DNA from: a virus
Lineage: Duplodnaviria > Caudoviricetes
Strand: one strand, 5' to 3'
Length of the DNA stretch: 61,997 bases
IMG/VR virus record: IMGVR_UViG_3300027848_000021
Coordinates: 1-61,997 of that record
The notes beneath the pieces are model-generated. The model was not told where the DNA came from, made no database searches, and saw nothing but the letters and a program-made list of their open reading frames with translations. Made by a program: the position numbers and the translations under genes. Shown piece after piece: positions 28,750-38,052 of this stretch. Position 1 is the stretch's first letter. Each line of letters begins with the position of its first letter.

Positions 28750-29318
28750 TTATTGCCACCTTCCGCTTTTGGGGTCGTCTCGGGCTGTCCGCGTACACCG
28801 GTAACGGTGTCCGTCAGCAACCCCCAATCTACCTTATCTAGACCCGATAGATTCACTTCTGGCCACTTGAAATGAGGTTCACCAATAGCCGTAAGCACCA
28901 TTTCCTCAAGTATCCACGCGTCGCATTTATCGTCAGCGCCAGGGTTGTTCCATATTATTCCGGTTCTTGCGGATACCGCGGAAACGACTTCATTCTTGGA
29001 CGCGTTACCTTTACCCGTGGCGAACTTGGCTCGACAAGTGGGCGGGATTTCGATGAATAAGCGCTCGTCCCGTTGCAGGGCAACCCTGACGACACCGCCG
29101 AGCTCGCCTATCGAAAATGCCTGACCGCTACGAGAAGCGAAAGAGTACCCCTCGATTGCCACGACATCGATGCAGTTTGCGTGGACGATGTCGATAATCG
29201 CCTCGGAAATCTCTATCAGCCTGGCTACGCCGCGTTGAGCAGACCGTATCACCCCTGTATCCCCGTTGTGGCAATAGCCCGTCGACGTTAGGGACAAATC
29301 GAGCCCCAATATGTTCAT
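28746..29318 (-). CDS. ruvC: RuvC-like Holliday junction resolvase
   Basis: LGLDLSLTSTG, IEGY, GELGG, ATGKGNASK, DKCDA; start moved to ATG 29318. Confidence 0.88.
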   Translation of the reverse strand: MNILGLDLSLTSTGYCHNGDTGVIRSAQRGVARLIEISEAIIDIVHANCIDVVAIEGYSFASRSGQAFSIGELGGVVRVALQRDERLFIEIPPTCRAKFATGKGNASKNEVVSAVSARTGIIWNNPGADDKCDAWILEEMVLTAIGEPHFKWPEVNLSGLDKVDWGLLTDTVTGVRGQPETTPKAEGGNK

Positions 29319-29345
29319 AGACCCAGATACTAGCCCAGAAAGCAA

Positions 29346-29379
29346 GAACCCGCCGGACCCCTGATGGTCGGGCGGGTTC
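29346..29379 (-). terminator. GC-rich hairpin, possible intrinsic terminator/attenuator
   Basis: 14-bp arms with 1 mismatch, 6-nt loop, followed by TTGCTTTCT on the minus strand. Confidence 0.55.
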
Positions 29380-29440
29380 ATCTGCCGTGGTTCATGACCA
29401 CTCGACTTTGACCACCCGCCTTTCTATTTCAACGTGATTT

Positions 29441-29929
29441 TTACGCAGCCCGCCTAATGCTATTTCTGTGGCGATATTCAATTAGATACATCGAATTCTT
29501 GCCATGATTACACCCAGCGCATGCCCCAGCGAGATTCCCAACCGACCAGCGACCACCTTTGCAGACGGGGATAATGTGCTCGATGTGAACTGATGGCGCG
29601 GAATTACAGATGTAGCAGGGCTTCGATTTCATGGCCCTGAGCTCTTTGTCGGTTACGACGAACATGCCGCCTCCCAACTTACGGGCGCGACGACGCTGTG
29701 TTATCGCCAGCGCTTTTTCGGGGGGAGCCGGCCGGCGCTCATGCCCCATCGCCGCTATTTCTTCATGATTTACGGCGTAATTTCTGCGCTCCGTTGCCCT
29801 CTTCCTCTCGGGACCCGAGGCGCGCCATACGCGCTTCTGGGCTAGCAGTCTTTTCTTGTTTTCCTGGTTGTATCGACGGTGATAGGCCGCTACCCCATGG
29901 GGGCTCACGGTCCTCCGTTTTTGCGGCAT
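29441..29929 (-). CDS. HNH endonuclease
   Basis: CYIC, HIEHIIP, GG, NL, CAGCNHGK. Confidence 0.88.
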   Translation of the reverse strand: MPQKRRTVSPHGVAAYHRRYNQENKKRLLAQKRVWRASGPERKRATERRNYAVNHEEIAAMGHERRPAPPEKALAITQRRRARKLGGGMFVVTDKELRAMKSKPCYICNSAPSVHIEHIIPVCKGGRWSVGNLAGACAGCNHGKNSMYLIEYRHRNSIRRAA

Positions 29930-30083
29930 TATCTAGGATATACCCTATAAATTATGAACCGATAAATAAAGTTGTTTAGTTAAAGAAATATGAGAGGTAC
30001 ACTTATTTATCTGCGTCTATAACCCCGACATTATTCACTGATATATCAGACAAAAATGCCACGGAAGCCGTTAGGCTTGTTCT

Positions 30084-30383
30084 ATGAAACAGCAAGCACG
30101 GGTCGTAACGTTGCCGGATGGGGACCGCATTTTGGTCATCGACTCCGTGATTCCCGACGATGCCCCAGATGCAATCCGCGAAGGTTTGGCGCGCCGCGCC
30201 ATCGTCAATGGTGGCGGTCGCTGCCCGTGTGGGGCGTCCCCTTCTATGCCAAACAGGGCACAGCGACGAAAACTCAAGGGAAAAGTATTTGACAGGACCG
30301 TCGAACACGAAGACGACTGTCCCGCGATGACCTCAACTCTGGCTCCGGCCATCAAAGCGTGGGAGGCCGATAGGGCCGAGTAA
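30084..30383 (+). CDS. Hypothetical protein, lone plus-strand gene
   Basis: CPCG...HEDDCP; converges on the next gene. Confidence 0.55.
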   Translation: MKQQARVVTLPDGDRILVIDSVIPDDAPDAIREGLARRAIVNGGGRCPCGASPSMPNRAQRRKLKGKVFDRTVEHEDDCPAMTSTLAPAIKAWEADRAE

Positions 30384-30385
30384 GA

Positions 30386-30727
30386 CTATTTTTCCCAGCC
30401 GTGTTTAGCAAGACCTAAATCAAATGCCAACTGAGGCCAGTTCCCAATCCTGACATGACAGGGCCGACAGACCGCAAGCACATTCTCCGGGTCCAGAATC
30501 GAACCCCCCTGAGAGCGGCGGACTATTTCGTGAACGTCCCTGCTCAGGTGGTTGCTGTATGTGGTTTTTCCGTCGTGGATAGCGAAAACCTTACAGGCCT
30601 GGCACAGCGGGCGTTCTAAGAGAATTTTGGCTACGAAAGGACGGCGTTCCTCATATAGCGTCTCCATTTTTTCGCTTCTTCGACGAATAGGGGAGCGCTT
30701 GAGATATTTCTTTGGTTTCGGAGCCAC
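30386..30727 (-). CDS. HNH-like endonuclease
   Basis: CQAC, DVHE, RSQGG, NVLAVCRPCH; GTG start inferred. Confidence 0.78.
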   Translation of the reverse strand: MAPKPKKYLKRSPIRRRSEKMETLYEERRPFVAKILLERPLCQACKVFAIHDGKTTYSNHLSRDVHEIVRRSQGGSILDPENVLAVCRPCHVRIGNWPQLAFDLGLAKHGWEK

Positions 30728-30746
30728 GACGTACCGCCCATGATAT

Positions 30747-31253
30747 TTAGATTGAGTCAGAGGTGATGTCGTCAAAACACCACTTATCGTCAAGTGTAGC
30801 CCATAGCGCGCGGTCTATCCCTGTGTCTTCTAGGTCGTATTCGCGCATTAGGGAGCGATGTCTATTTATGCCCTTTTTCAAAAAGTCAACCTCGGCCCAT
30901 CCGTCCGACGTACCCACTATTCCCGTCTCGACCATTTGCATTACTTCATCTAGTCGTTTATCGACATGGAACTTAAACCGCTTAATTTTTAGCGACCTAT
31001 TGTCGTAGGCCTTTTTCGCTTCACGAACGACACCCACTCCCGACGGACCGAGTGCGCCGTATCTCACGTCGTCGGCTGCGGCATCATCTTCGATGTCGGC
31101 CATCTGTGCGTCGAGATTATCGGACAGCATAACGAGAGCGGTTTTCCATCGCTCCCAATTCTCCTCTTTTAGCAAATCTTGTTTTTGCGAAGGAGCAATT
31201 TTGTTCTTTACGTCTTCGGCTACCATTCTTGCAAAAGCATCATCGTTAATCAT
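30747..31253 (-). CDS. Hypothetical protein
   Basis: Coupled to the upstream gene. Confidence 0.65.
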   Translation of the reverse strand: MINDDAFARMVAEDVKNKIAPSQKQDLLKEENWERWKTALVMLSDNLDAQMADIEDDAAADDVRYGALGPSGVGVVREAKKAYDNRSLKIKRFKFHVDKRLDEVMQMVETGIVGTSDGWAEVDFLKKGINRHRSLMREYDLEDTGIDRALWATLDDKWCFDDITSDSI

Positions 31254-32026
31254 TTTACACCCTTATTCCATATTGGACAAATTTTTTTATAGCTACAAAA
31301 CATGCAAAGACCAGATTTGATAGGCGGAAATACCCCGGTTCTGCATGCGTCATCAATATCTGATTTTGCTTGCTGAATCATTTCCACTGTCTGTTTGAGA
31401 TTATCAACGCTCACCTTTTTTTCTAATTTCACTCCGTCTTTGAGATAGAGCAATTCAATTTTATCGACAGACCCCACCTCCAATGACTGAAGAAGTTCTG
31501 CGTAAATTAATAACTGCTTGAACTTTTCCTCAACGTCATATTTCGGAGTTTTGCCAGTCTTATAATCGCTCACAACCAGCATCGTCGTGCCTTCGGAATA
31601 GCTGTATCTGTCGATAAAACCCTTCATTCGCACGCCACCGACGAAACCGTTTAGTTCGTATTCGAGACCCTCTGGGTGGGTGTCTACGGGATTTTCGATT
31701 TTCCAAAGGTTCTCGATACATGACCACGCGCGCTCCATAAATTTGACCAGACTGTCACCATGCGTAATCGTGGACTCTGCCTTTTCTTTCCATTCCTCAT
31801 TCCAGATTTGGCGCGCGATAACCTTGCACGCATCGATAGTCCGTAACTCTGGTGCCAGTTTGTACATTTCCTCAAGCACGTCATGTACGAAATTACCTAA
31901 TACCGCCCAATGGTTTGATGGGTCTGGCAGTTTGTCTATCTTGTTGTATTTGAACTTAAGTGGACATTGCCTGAATGTAGATATCGAGCTTGGTGATAAA
32001 TATTCAGGTGCCTTAATTTCACTCAC
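31250..32026 (-). CDS. PD-(D/E)XK RecB/Cas4-like exonuclease
   Basis: LSPSS...CP, GNFVH, GFIDR, DYKTGK, QLxxY, CxxC...C. Confidence 0.88.
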   Translation of the reverse strand: MSEIKAPEYLSPSSISTFRQCPLKFKYNKIDKLPDPSNHWAVLGNFVHDVLEEMYKLAPELRTIDACKVIARQIWNEEWKEKAESTITHGDSLVKFMERAWSCIENLWKIENPVDTHPEGLEYELNGFVGGVRMKGFIDRYSYSEGTTMLVVSDYKTGKTPKYDVEEKFKQLLIYAELLQSLEVGSVDKIELLYLKDGVKLEKKVSVDNLKQTVEMIQQAKSDIDDACRTGVFPPIKSGLCMFCSYKKICPIWNKGVK

Positions 32027-32753
32027 TCGCCTGGACCCATTTGCCACCAAGGGACAAGCGCGTTGCTTCCCCTATGAGTTTGTCTAGCGCATCAATGGTG
32101 ACCGTTTCTTTTTTGGGCTTCGGCTTGCCGTCACTGTACGTCTTCCAGTATTCGCCGAGTTCAGTCTTGCCCTCTGGCGTTAGGGTCGCCGTTAAGCCGG
32201 AAAACTGTTCCCACTTTTCCGAAATATCATGAGGCACGGCAACGGCTGGGGCTGGCGGTATGTAATTATTCATTGCGTCCTCGATGTCCAGGGCGTCTGC
32301 GGTTCTTGCTAAATACAGACCGACACCAAGTTGCTGAGCGGCCTTCTTCAGACCATCTGATACAGCTCCCTTGAAGTCATTACCCAAATCTAGGGTTTTA
32401 CCCGAATTCTTAATGCGCTTTACGGACGAACCGCCAACACCGTGCTTCTCGACGATTACATCACCGAAGCGCGCACTAAGCGCGACATGAGAGATAATTT
32501 CGTCTACGTCCGTCTCGTCGCGCCCGACTGAAACAACTTTCATCGACCAACCGTCAACCCCGAGAACCATATTGAGTCGAGCGATGACTTCACTGATTGG
32601 TATGTAGATAATTTCTACACCGCCCTTGTTGATGGCTCTTTCCATCTCGACAGGGAATGGCGCGGCAAGCTGTATGGCTAGGTCGCGTGCTACCGTGGCC
32701 GGTGAGGGTGGGGCCTGTGGGGCCCCTGTGGTGACTTTCGTATCGGTTTTCAT
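32019..32753 (-). CDS. Rad52/Sak-family ssDNA annealing protein
   Basis: RLNMVLGVDGWS, KGAVSDGLKKAAQQLGVGLYL. Confidence 0.88.
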   Translation of the reverse strand: MKTDTKVTTGAPQAPPSPATVARDLAIQLAAPFPVEMERAINKGGVEIIYIPISEVIARLNMVLGVDGWSMKVVSVGRDETDVDEIISHVALSARFGDVIVEKHGVGGSSVKRIKNSGKTLDLGNDFKGAVSDGLKKAAQQLGVGLYLARTADALDIEDAMNNYIPPAPAVAVPHDISEKWEQFSGLTATLTPEGKTELGEYWKTYSDGKPKPKKETVTIDALDKLIGEATRLSLGGKWVQASE

Positions 32754-33247
32754 TCGTTGTTGCCCTTTCTGACAATAATGCTGATTTTTAGTTGACCTGT
32801 TTCGCAGTAGCTATCTGCGTTGATTCCGATTTTGTCAAGTTCCTTAGTCCGCCAGTAATCGCAGTGAGCATAATCCAGTAACTGCAATGCGATTTCCTCG
32901 GGGGTATTGAGTATTTCCCCCGTCTCTTTGTCGATAGACATGCGCATCAACTTACTAACCACCGACGTGGCTAGCGCTTTGTGCTGCCAGGCCTTTCGGT
33001 CGTAAGAACCTTTCTTCTCAATGACCGCTCCGTTGTCCAGCGAAACCAATTCCTCTGAGCCCATGACACCGGCGACAGCAAATGACATTTCGTCGTAGAT
33101 TACGGACAGGTCGCGCTTTGCCAAATTAAATTGGAGTAAGGCATTGCTGAGTTCGGCTATTTCCGGACCGGAGTCGATGTAGGTTGTCATCTCGCGACCT
33201 AAATCCAGGATGTATTTGCGTAGTTCAGATATTCGTTCAATAGACAT
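32750..33247 (-). CDS. Hypothetical protein
   Basis: Operon position; ATGA overlap. Confidence 0.65.
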   Translation of the reverse strand: MSIERISELRKYILDLGREMTTYIDSGPEIAELSNALLQFNLAKRDLSVIYDEMSFAVAGVMGSEELVSLDNGAVIEKKGSYDRKAWQHKALATSVVSKLMRMSIDKETGEILNTPEEIALQLLDYAHCDYWRTKELDKIGINADSYCETGQLKISIIVRKGNNE

Positions 33248-33285
33248 GAGCTAATAGGTCCTAACAGTAAATAGCGGGTTTGCTA

Positions 33286-35619
33286 TTAGACGACTATAGT
33301 CGCTCGTTTTCTCTGTGGCAACCCCAGCCCAGTTAAATATGCAAAAGCACTTGCGACAGAGTCCACTTGGTCATCATGGTCGCAGGCCTCAGGAAATGAC
33401 GAAAGTTCGTCCAACCAATCCGTAAGCCATATTCCTCTAACCACGCGAACATTGCCATTAGCGACCGCGGCGGCAAATGGCCTGGCGCGAGTGACCTTGT
33501 CCCCCGTGGAGCGCATCGCCATAAAATCAAACCCTGGCAAAACGTAACGCGCGTATTGGTCCATCAGGGCCTTCCCGCTTGAGCCCGGCTCCTGCTCCAT
33601 TCTAATAGGAACTCCGCGCCCGTCTTCATGGGCGGTCTGGGCGATGATTTGCTCGACACGCTCACCACGGTGACGAAAACGCTTCACATCTAGTACATAG
33701 GCTACACCTTGGTCAAAGAGCATTAAGGTTCCAACGGTGTAGTCAGGGTTGGGGGTGGAGTGGTTCGGCTCCGTCGCCGCCAAGTCCCAAAAACGCACAG
33801 CCCTAGCGGAACTGGTTATTTGCGGTATTTCGCTGGTTTCGAGCAAAATAATAGATGTCCTATCTATCAACGTTCCAAGAGTCGTGCTCCACCAGTCGCC
33901 ATCTTCAAGCCGTCGTCGCTCTATCGGGTCAAGTTCCTGAAGGGCCTGTCTGTAGGAGACTGCGTCGATGCCGGGGTTGTCGGTCAGCTTTGCCGGCACG
34001 AATATCCGCCCCGCTGCCTTTCCTTCGACAATGAATCTCTGCCTAACCCAATTAGGAGCGGGGTTGGACGCCGCGCGCATCCGTAGTGGGACGTTGGACA
34101 GTGGGCCTGTTGGCGGCCGGCGCAAACGAGAGAACAAATACCTATAGTCGGATTCTCGGATTTCTGTAACTTCATCCATCCCAATGTATTGAAATTCTGA
34201 GTTTCCAGTCCAGACAACACGCCCATTGTGCCTGGTCAGAAAGGTGTGATGAGGGGGGACGGTAAGGCAGTGAACGGTGCCTTTGTAATGTTTGGGGACT
34301 ATTGGCCGTCCATCGCCAAAGGTAATCATTCTGTCCTGGTCCGCCGTTTCAAGCAAAAACACATGGAACGCTAGGACGTCGTGTTCTTTTCCGTCAGGCG
34401 TAGTGGTGTGGTCCTGGCGCTCGTTGAGAGTGGCTCTAAAGCCACAGTGTTGCGCAAGTCTCATCACCCCGTCCGCCAACTCACGCGAAACAGTCACGTA
34501 ATGACCGCTTGTTTCAGTGCGCCACGTCCCATCGCCTTCAACTAGCGATTGCAAAAGAAGTCGGGCATATTTCGTTTTCCAAGTAAAAACTTCATCGGGA
34601 ATGCGTTTGTGATAAGCGCCCTTACCGGTGTGTTCATTTAGCCAGTTGGCGAGTTTCGTATTTGTGAATACAAGATTTCTGGGTTCGTCTCTGACATAAG
34701 CGCCAGAACGTTCAAGCAAAAGCCTCAGGGCATCTTTATGTACCCTGCTGTGCCCGTCGTGTAGTGAAATATTCATGGTTCCCTTATTTGTGCACCCCTC
34801 TGCAATATACCACCCGAGAAATGTGGCCCAGTCTTCTGCCGCAAAAACGACATCAGAACTGTTCTGTCTCCCCCGCATTAACCTCGGAAACAAAGCACCC
34901 CCGGGGTCGCCGCCGCCGACGAAATGACCCGCTTGCGGAAATTTTGCCACTATCGGTAATTCATCCGTTCTATATTTGCGAAGTTTCTTTACCCTCTGCG
35001 TTGAAACCCACCATGTGTGGTCTGCGGTCACGGCAAACGAAACATCCGAGCCTTCTCTCGGACTATAGATTGGCCCGTCGTGGTCATAGACCCAGGTGTG
35101 GGTTGCCGGTTGATAATCCCATTCTCGTGTTTCTGGATTCATGGAAGCGACCAATTCACCAACTTCGATATCTTCTATTTTCTTCCATCCAGAAGTAGCT
35201 AAAACCTCTGTTCCCTTTATGCAGGGGCCTTTGTATCGCAGATAGTCATCTTTATTATTAAGGTAACCGAACGTTACGCGAGCACCAGATGGGAATGTGG
35301 CGATGAAACTATTGTTGTTCCAGTGGACCTCCTCATGCGCCGAAACCCACATCCGGAAGCGGTCCATAAGTGCGCCGGGAAGCGAAAGGTCGGCGAATGT
35401 TCTACGGAAAAGAATGGCCGAATAATTTGGCACATCAACATACTGCAACGCCGCCATTAAAAGTGCCGAACTTTTCCCACCTCCGGCACTTCCTCCATAT
35501 AGAGCCTCAATCGAGTTGGTTCGCAGGAAGACCCGTTGATTTATCGAGGCAGTTTCGGGGCAGTACAGCGCCGGTTTGGGGGTGAGGTATTCGAGTACCT
35601 CCTGCCAGTTCTGCTCCAT
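33286..35619 (-). CDS. terL: Terminase large subunit, intein-containing
   Basis: YGGSAGGGKS Walker A, IGMDE Walker B, ASNP, WDLA, HDDQVD. Confidence 0.95.
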   Translation of the reverse strand: MEQNWQEVLEYLTPKPALYCPETASINQRVFLRTNSIEALYGGSAGGGKSSALLMAALQYVDVPNYSAILFRRTFADLSLPGALMDRFRMWVSAHEEVHWNNNSFIATFPSGARVTFGYLNNKDDYLRYKGPCIKGTEVLATSGWKKIEDIEVGELVASMNPETREWDYQPATHTWVYDHDGPIYSPREGSDVSFAVTADHTWWVSTQRVKKLRKYRTDELPIVAKFPQAGHFVGGGDPGGALFPRLMRGRQNSSDVVFAAEDWATFLGWYIAEGCTNKGTMNISLHDGHSRVHKDALRLLLERSGAYVRDEPRNLVFTNTKLANWLNEHTGKGAYHKRIPDEVFTWKTKYARLLLQSLVEGDGTWRTETSGHYVTVSRELADGVMRLAQHCGFRATLNERQDHTTTPDGKEHDVLAFHVFLLETADQDRMITFGDGRPIVPKHYKGTVHCLTVPPHHTFLTRHNGRVVWTGNSEFQYIGMDEVTEIRESDYRYLFSRLRRPPTGPLSNVPLRMRAASNPAPNWVRQRFIVEGKAAGRIFVPAKLTDNPGIDAVSYRQALQELDPIERRRLEDGDWWSTTLGTLIDRTSIILLETSEIPQITSSARAVRFWDLAATEPNHSTPNPDYTVGTLMLFDQGVAYVLDVKRFRHRGERVEQIIAQTAHEDGRGVPIRMEQEPGSSGKALMDQYARYVLPGFDFMAMRSTGDKVTRARPFAAAVANGNVRVVRGIWLTDWLDELSSFPEACDHDDQVDSVASAFAYLTGLGLPQRKRATIVV
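34201..35226 (-). mobile_element. 342-aa class-3-type intein with LAGLIDADG endonuclease
   Basis: YKG|PCIKGTEVL...TADHTW...LGWYIAEG...LVEGDG...VHCLTV...WTGN|SEF. Confidence 0.9.
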
Positions 35620-35681
35620 TAACTCATCCTAGTTCACAATAGGTAATGTATAATGATACCAAAGTGCGCTAATGTAAATCC

Positions 35682-35882
35682 GTGCCTACTTTTACAGCCA
35701 GACTCAAAACCCGAATGGCCAGAATCAGGGCGGCATTTAAGCGCCAAACTGTCGCCTACGGGCTGCTAACTTCATTTATACTGTTTACCAGTGTTGGTAC
35801 GGGTTTGATATTCGTCCCAGCCGGTTTTATCGTGGCAGGAATCTCGTGTGGTGTTTTTGGCTTCCTATTGGGTCTTGAGTAA
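35682..35882 (+). CDS. Small membrane protein preceding portal
   Basis: Two hydrophobic segments; TATAAT at 35649-35654. Confidence 0.6.
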   Translation: MPTFTARLKTRMARIRAAFKRQTVAYGLLTSFILFTSVGTGLIFVPAGFIVAGISCGVFGFLLGLE

Positions 35883-35884
35883 AT

Positions 35885-37942
35885 ATGGCATGGAATCAAT
35901 CGAGCAACAAATCGCTCAATAACGCGAGTGGCAAATCACTTGGCCCTGGCATGCCCGTCGCCAACAACCCGTCCTTTGTGGGCAAGCCCTACAGGGATAA
36001 TTGGGACATCGAACGAGCCTATAAAGAGGGCATGCAGAAGGTCACGTGGGTTAATAGGTGTGTTGACGCGATTGCCGGAAACCAGGCGCGACTTCCTGTC
36101 ATGCTACGAAAGGACAACTCCCCAGACGGTGAGATTGTTACCGGCAGGGAAGCTAAACGCTCAAATATTCTGGAGATTCTAAATACCAAGGCGAACATGG
36201 GGGAAAATTCTTTCATTTTTCGCTACAGACTGTCCGCACAACTGCTTCTTGGCACCCGTGGCGTTTTCATTGAGAAAATCCGCGGCAGGGACGGTGGGGT
36301 TATCGCGTTGAGCCTATTGCCGCCACAGCACACCGCTCCGATACCGCACCCAAAAACGTTTGTTTCGGGATATGAAGTCGCAATGCCCAATGGAGATAAA
36401 ATCATCCTGCCACCACGGGATGTCGTTTGGGTAAGGCGCCCACACCCACTCGACCCGTATCTATCCCTAACACCCCTTGAATCATGCGGAATTGCCATAG
36501 AAATCGAGAATTTGGCGAAAATCTACAACCGCAACTATCTTCTGAACGACGGAAGACCAGGCGGTTTGTTGGTTGTCCGTGGGGAAATGGAAGAGCCGGA
36601 TAAAGAGGAGTTGCGCAATAGATTCCGCGGCAATATCTCCAGAACCGGCCACACGACGGTCATTGCGTCTGATGATGGTGTTGATTACATAGACACGTCA
36701 GCATCCCCCCGTGACGCCGCGTATGTCCAAATGCGTCAATTAACAAAAGAGGAGATACTCGCATCTTTCGGCGTGCCGGAGTCGGTAATTGGAAACGCAA
36801 GCGGCCGTACGTTCTCGAACGCCGCGGAGGAAATACGGGTGTTCTGGATGGAGACAATGTTGCCCCACCTCGAACCGCTTGCTCGGGCACTTGACGAGCT
36901 AGACGATGAGAATTATATAGATTTCGATTTAACTGAAGTTCCAATTTTGATGCTCTACAAGCAAGAGAGAGAACGATATTTGCTCCAGGAGTTTCAAACC
37001 GGCCTGATTAGCAATAACGAATACAGGCTTGGTTCTGGCAGAAAAGAGACCGATGCCGATTTGGCGGATTCGCTGCTCATGAATCCAAACCTGATACCAA
37101 TTGCAAATACCAAAAAGAAAATGGACGTAGTTCCAACGGCGGAGATGGGCGGTGTACCACCAGGGGCGCCACCAGGAGCGCCACCAGGAGCGCCACCAGA
37201 AGCACCACCTGGATTGCCGCCAGAGGCACCAGTCGACCCGAATACCATGCAGGGCGCCCTTGCGGCCGAAGGAGCACCTCCTGCTGGCGATTTGGCTCAG
37301 GCGCTTCCAGGGGATGCAGCACCAGCGAATACCGCAGCGCCGATTCCAGCCGGTGCCACCAGCGCGCAGACGGGTGGAATAATGCACAAATCGGACACAT
37401 TTGCCAAAGAAACAACGGCAATTGGACGATGGGAAGAAATCTTGGCGCGGAGTCTGGAGCGCGTCGTCGAGCGTCAGCAGAGGGTCGTGTTAGAAAAAAT
37501 ATCGGGTGCAAAGTCTAAGAAATCCCTATTTGCAGGAACCCTCGACGCTGAATACATTTTGAACTCCGATTTATGGAATAGACAAATGGACGAGGACATT
37601 CGTCCGGTCATATCGGCAATCATTCAGGAGTCGATGAATCTGTCCGCGGAATCAACCGAAACCAAGACGGCAGAGGATGGCATCTCCACCAAGGCCCAAG
37701 AAGACATACGGGTACAAGTCGATTCACAAATGGACCGCATAAAGCAGTTAAACACAAGCAATCAATCGGCGATTTCCAATATGATGCTCAATTCATTTAA
37801 TATATTTGACTTGGAGGAGCGGGCGTCGGCTTTCAAGTCCTCGGTTAACGGACTATATGTAGGCATTTTGTCTCAGCAGCAGCAAGATGTAAGCGAAGAA
37901 GAGACGCGCAGGGCGTGGGCGTTCGGAAAAGGCAATTTGTAA
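35885..37942 (+). CDS. HK97-family portal protein with Pro-rich linker and C-terminal extension
   Basis: CVDAIA, LSLTPL, NDGRPGG, ILASFGVP, TFSNA, NEYR; (PPGA)n at about 37155-37230. Confidence 0.93.
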   Translation: MAWNQSSNKSLNNASGKSLGPGMPVANNPSFVGKPYRDNWDIERAYKEGMQKVTWVNRCVDAIAGNQARLPVMLRKDNSPDGEIVTGREAKRSNILEILNTKANMGENSFIFRYRLSAQLLLGTRGVFIEKIRGRDGGVIALSLLPPQHTAPIPHPKTFVSGYEVAMPNGDKIILPPRDVVWVRRPHPLDPYLSLTPLESCGIAIEIENLAKIYNRNYLLNDGRPGGLLVVRGEMEEPDKEELRNRFRGNISRTGHTTVIASDDGVDYIDTSASPRDAAYVQMRQLTKEEILASFGVPESVIGNASGRTFSNAAEEIRVFWMETMLPHLEPLARALDELDDENYIDFDLTEVPILMLYKQERERYLLQEFQTGLISNNEYRLGSGRKETDADLADSLLMNPNLIPIANTKKKMDVVPTAEMGGVPPGAPPGAPPGAPPEAPPGLPPEAPVDPNTMQGALAAEGAPPAGDLAQALPGDAAPANTAAPIPAGATSAQTGGIMHKSDTFAKETTAIGRWEEILARSLERVVERQQRVVLEKISGAKSKKSLFAGTLDAEYILNSDLWNRQMDEDIRPVISAIIQESMNLSAESTETKTAEDGISTKAQEDIRVQVDSQMDRIKQLNTSNQSAISNMMLNSFNIFDLEERASAFKSSVNGLYVGILSQQQQDVSEEETRRAWAFGKGNL

Positions 37943-38052
37943 TTTCAGTAAACCACGATAAATAGTTTCGCTAAACTATCGTAATAAACAGCAATACCTG
38001 CGCTGCGAACCGGTTCTCTCGTTTATTCTAGAAGATGGCGACGAGGAGAAAA

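Noticed and set aside
31250-32026. Cas4 as part of a CRISPR-Cas locus
   Set aside because: No cas1, cas2 or array; it sits beside a Rad52-like gene as a standard recombination pair.
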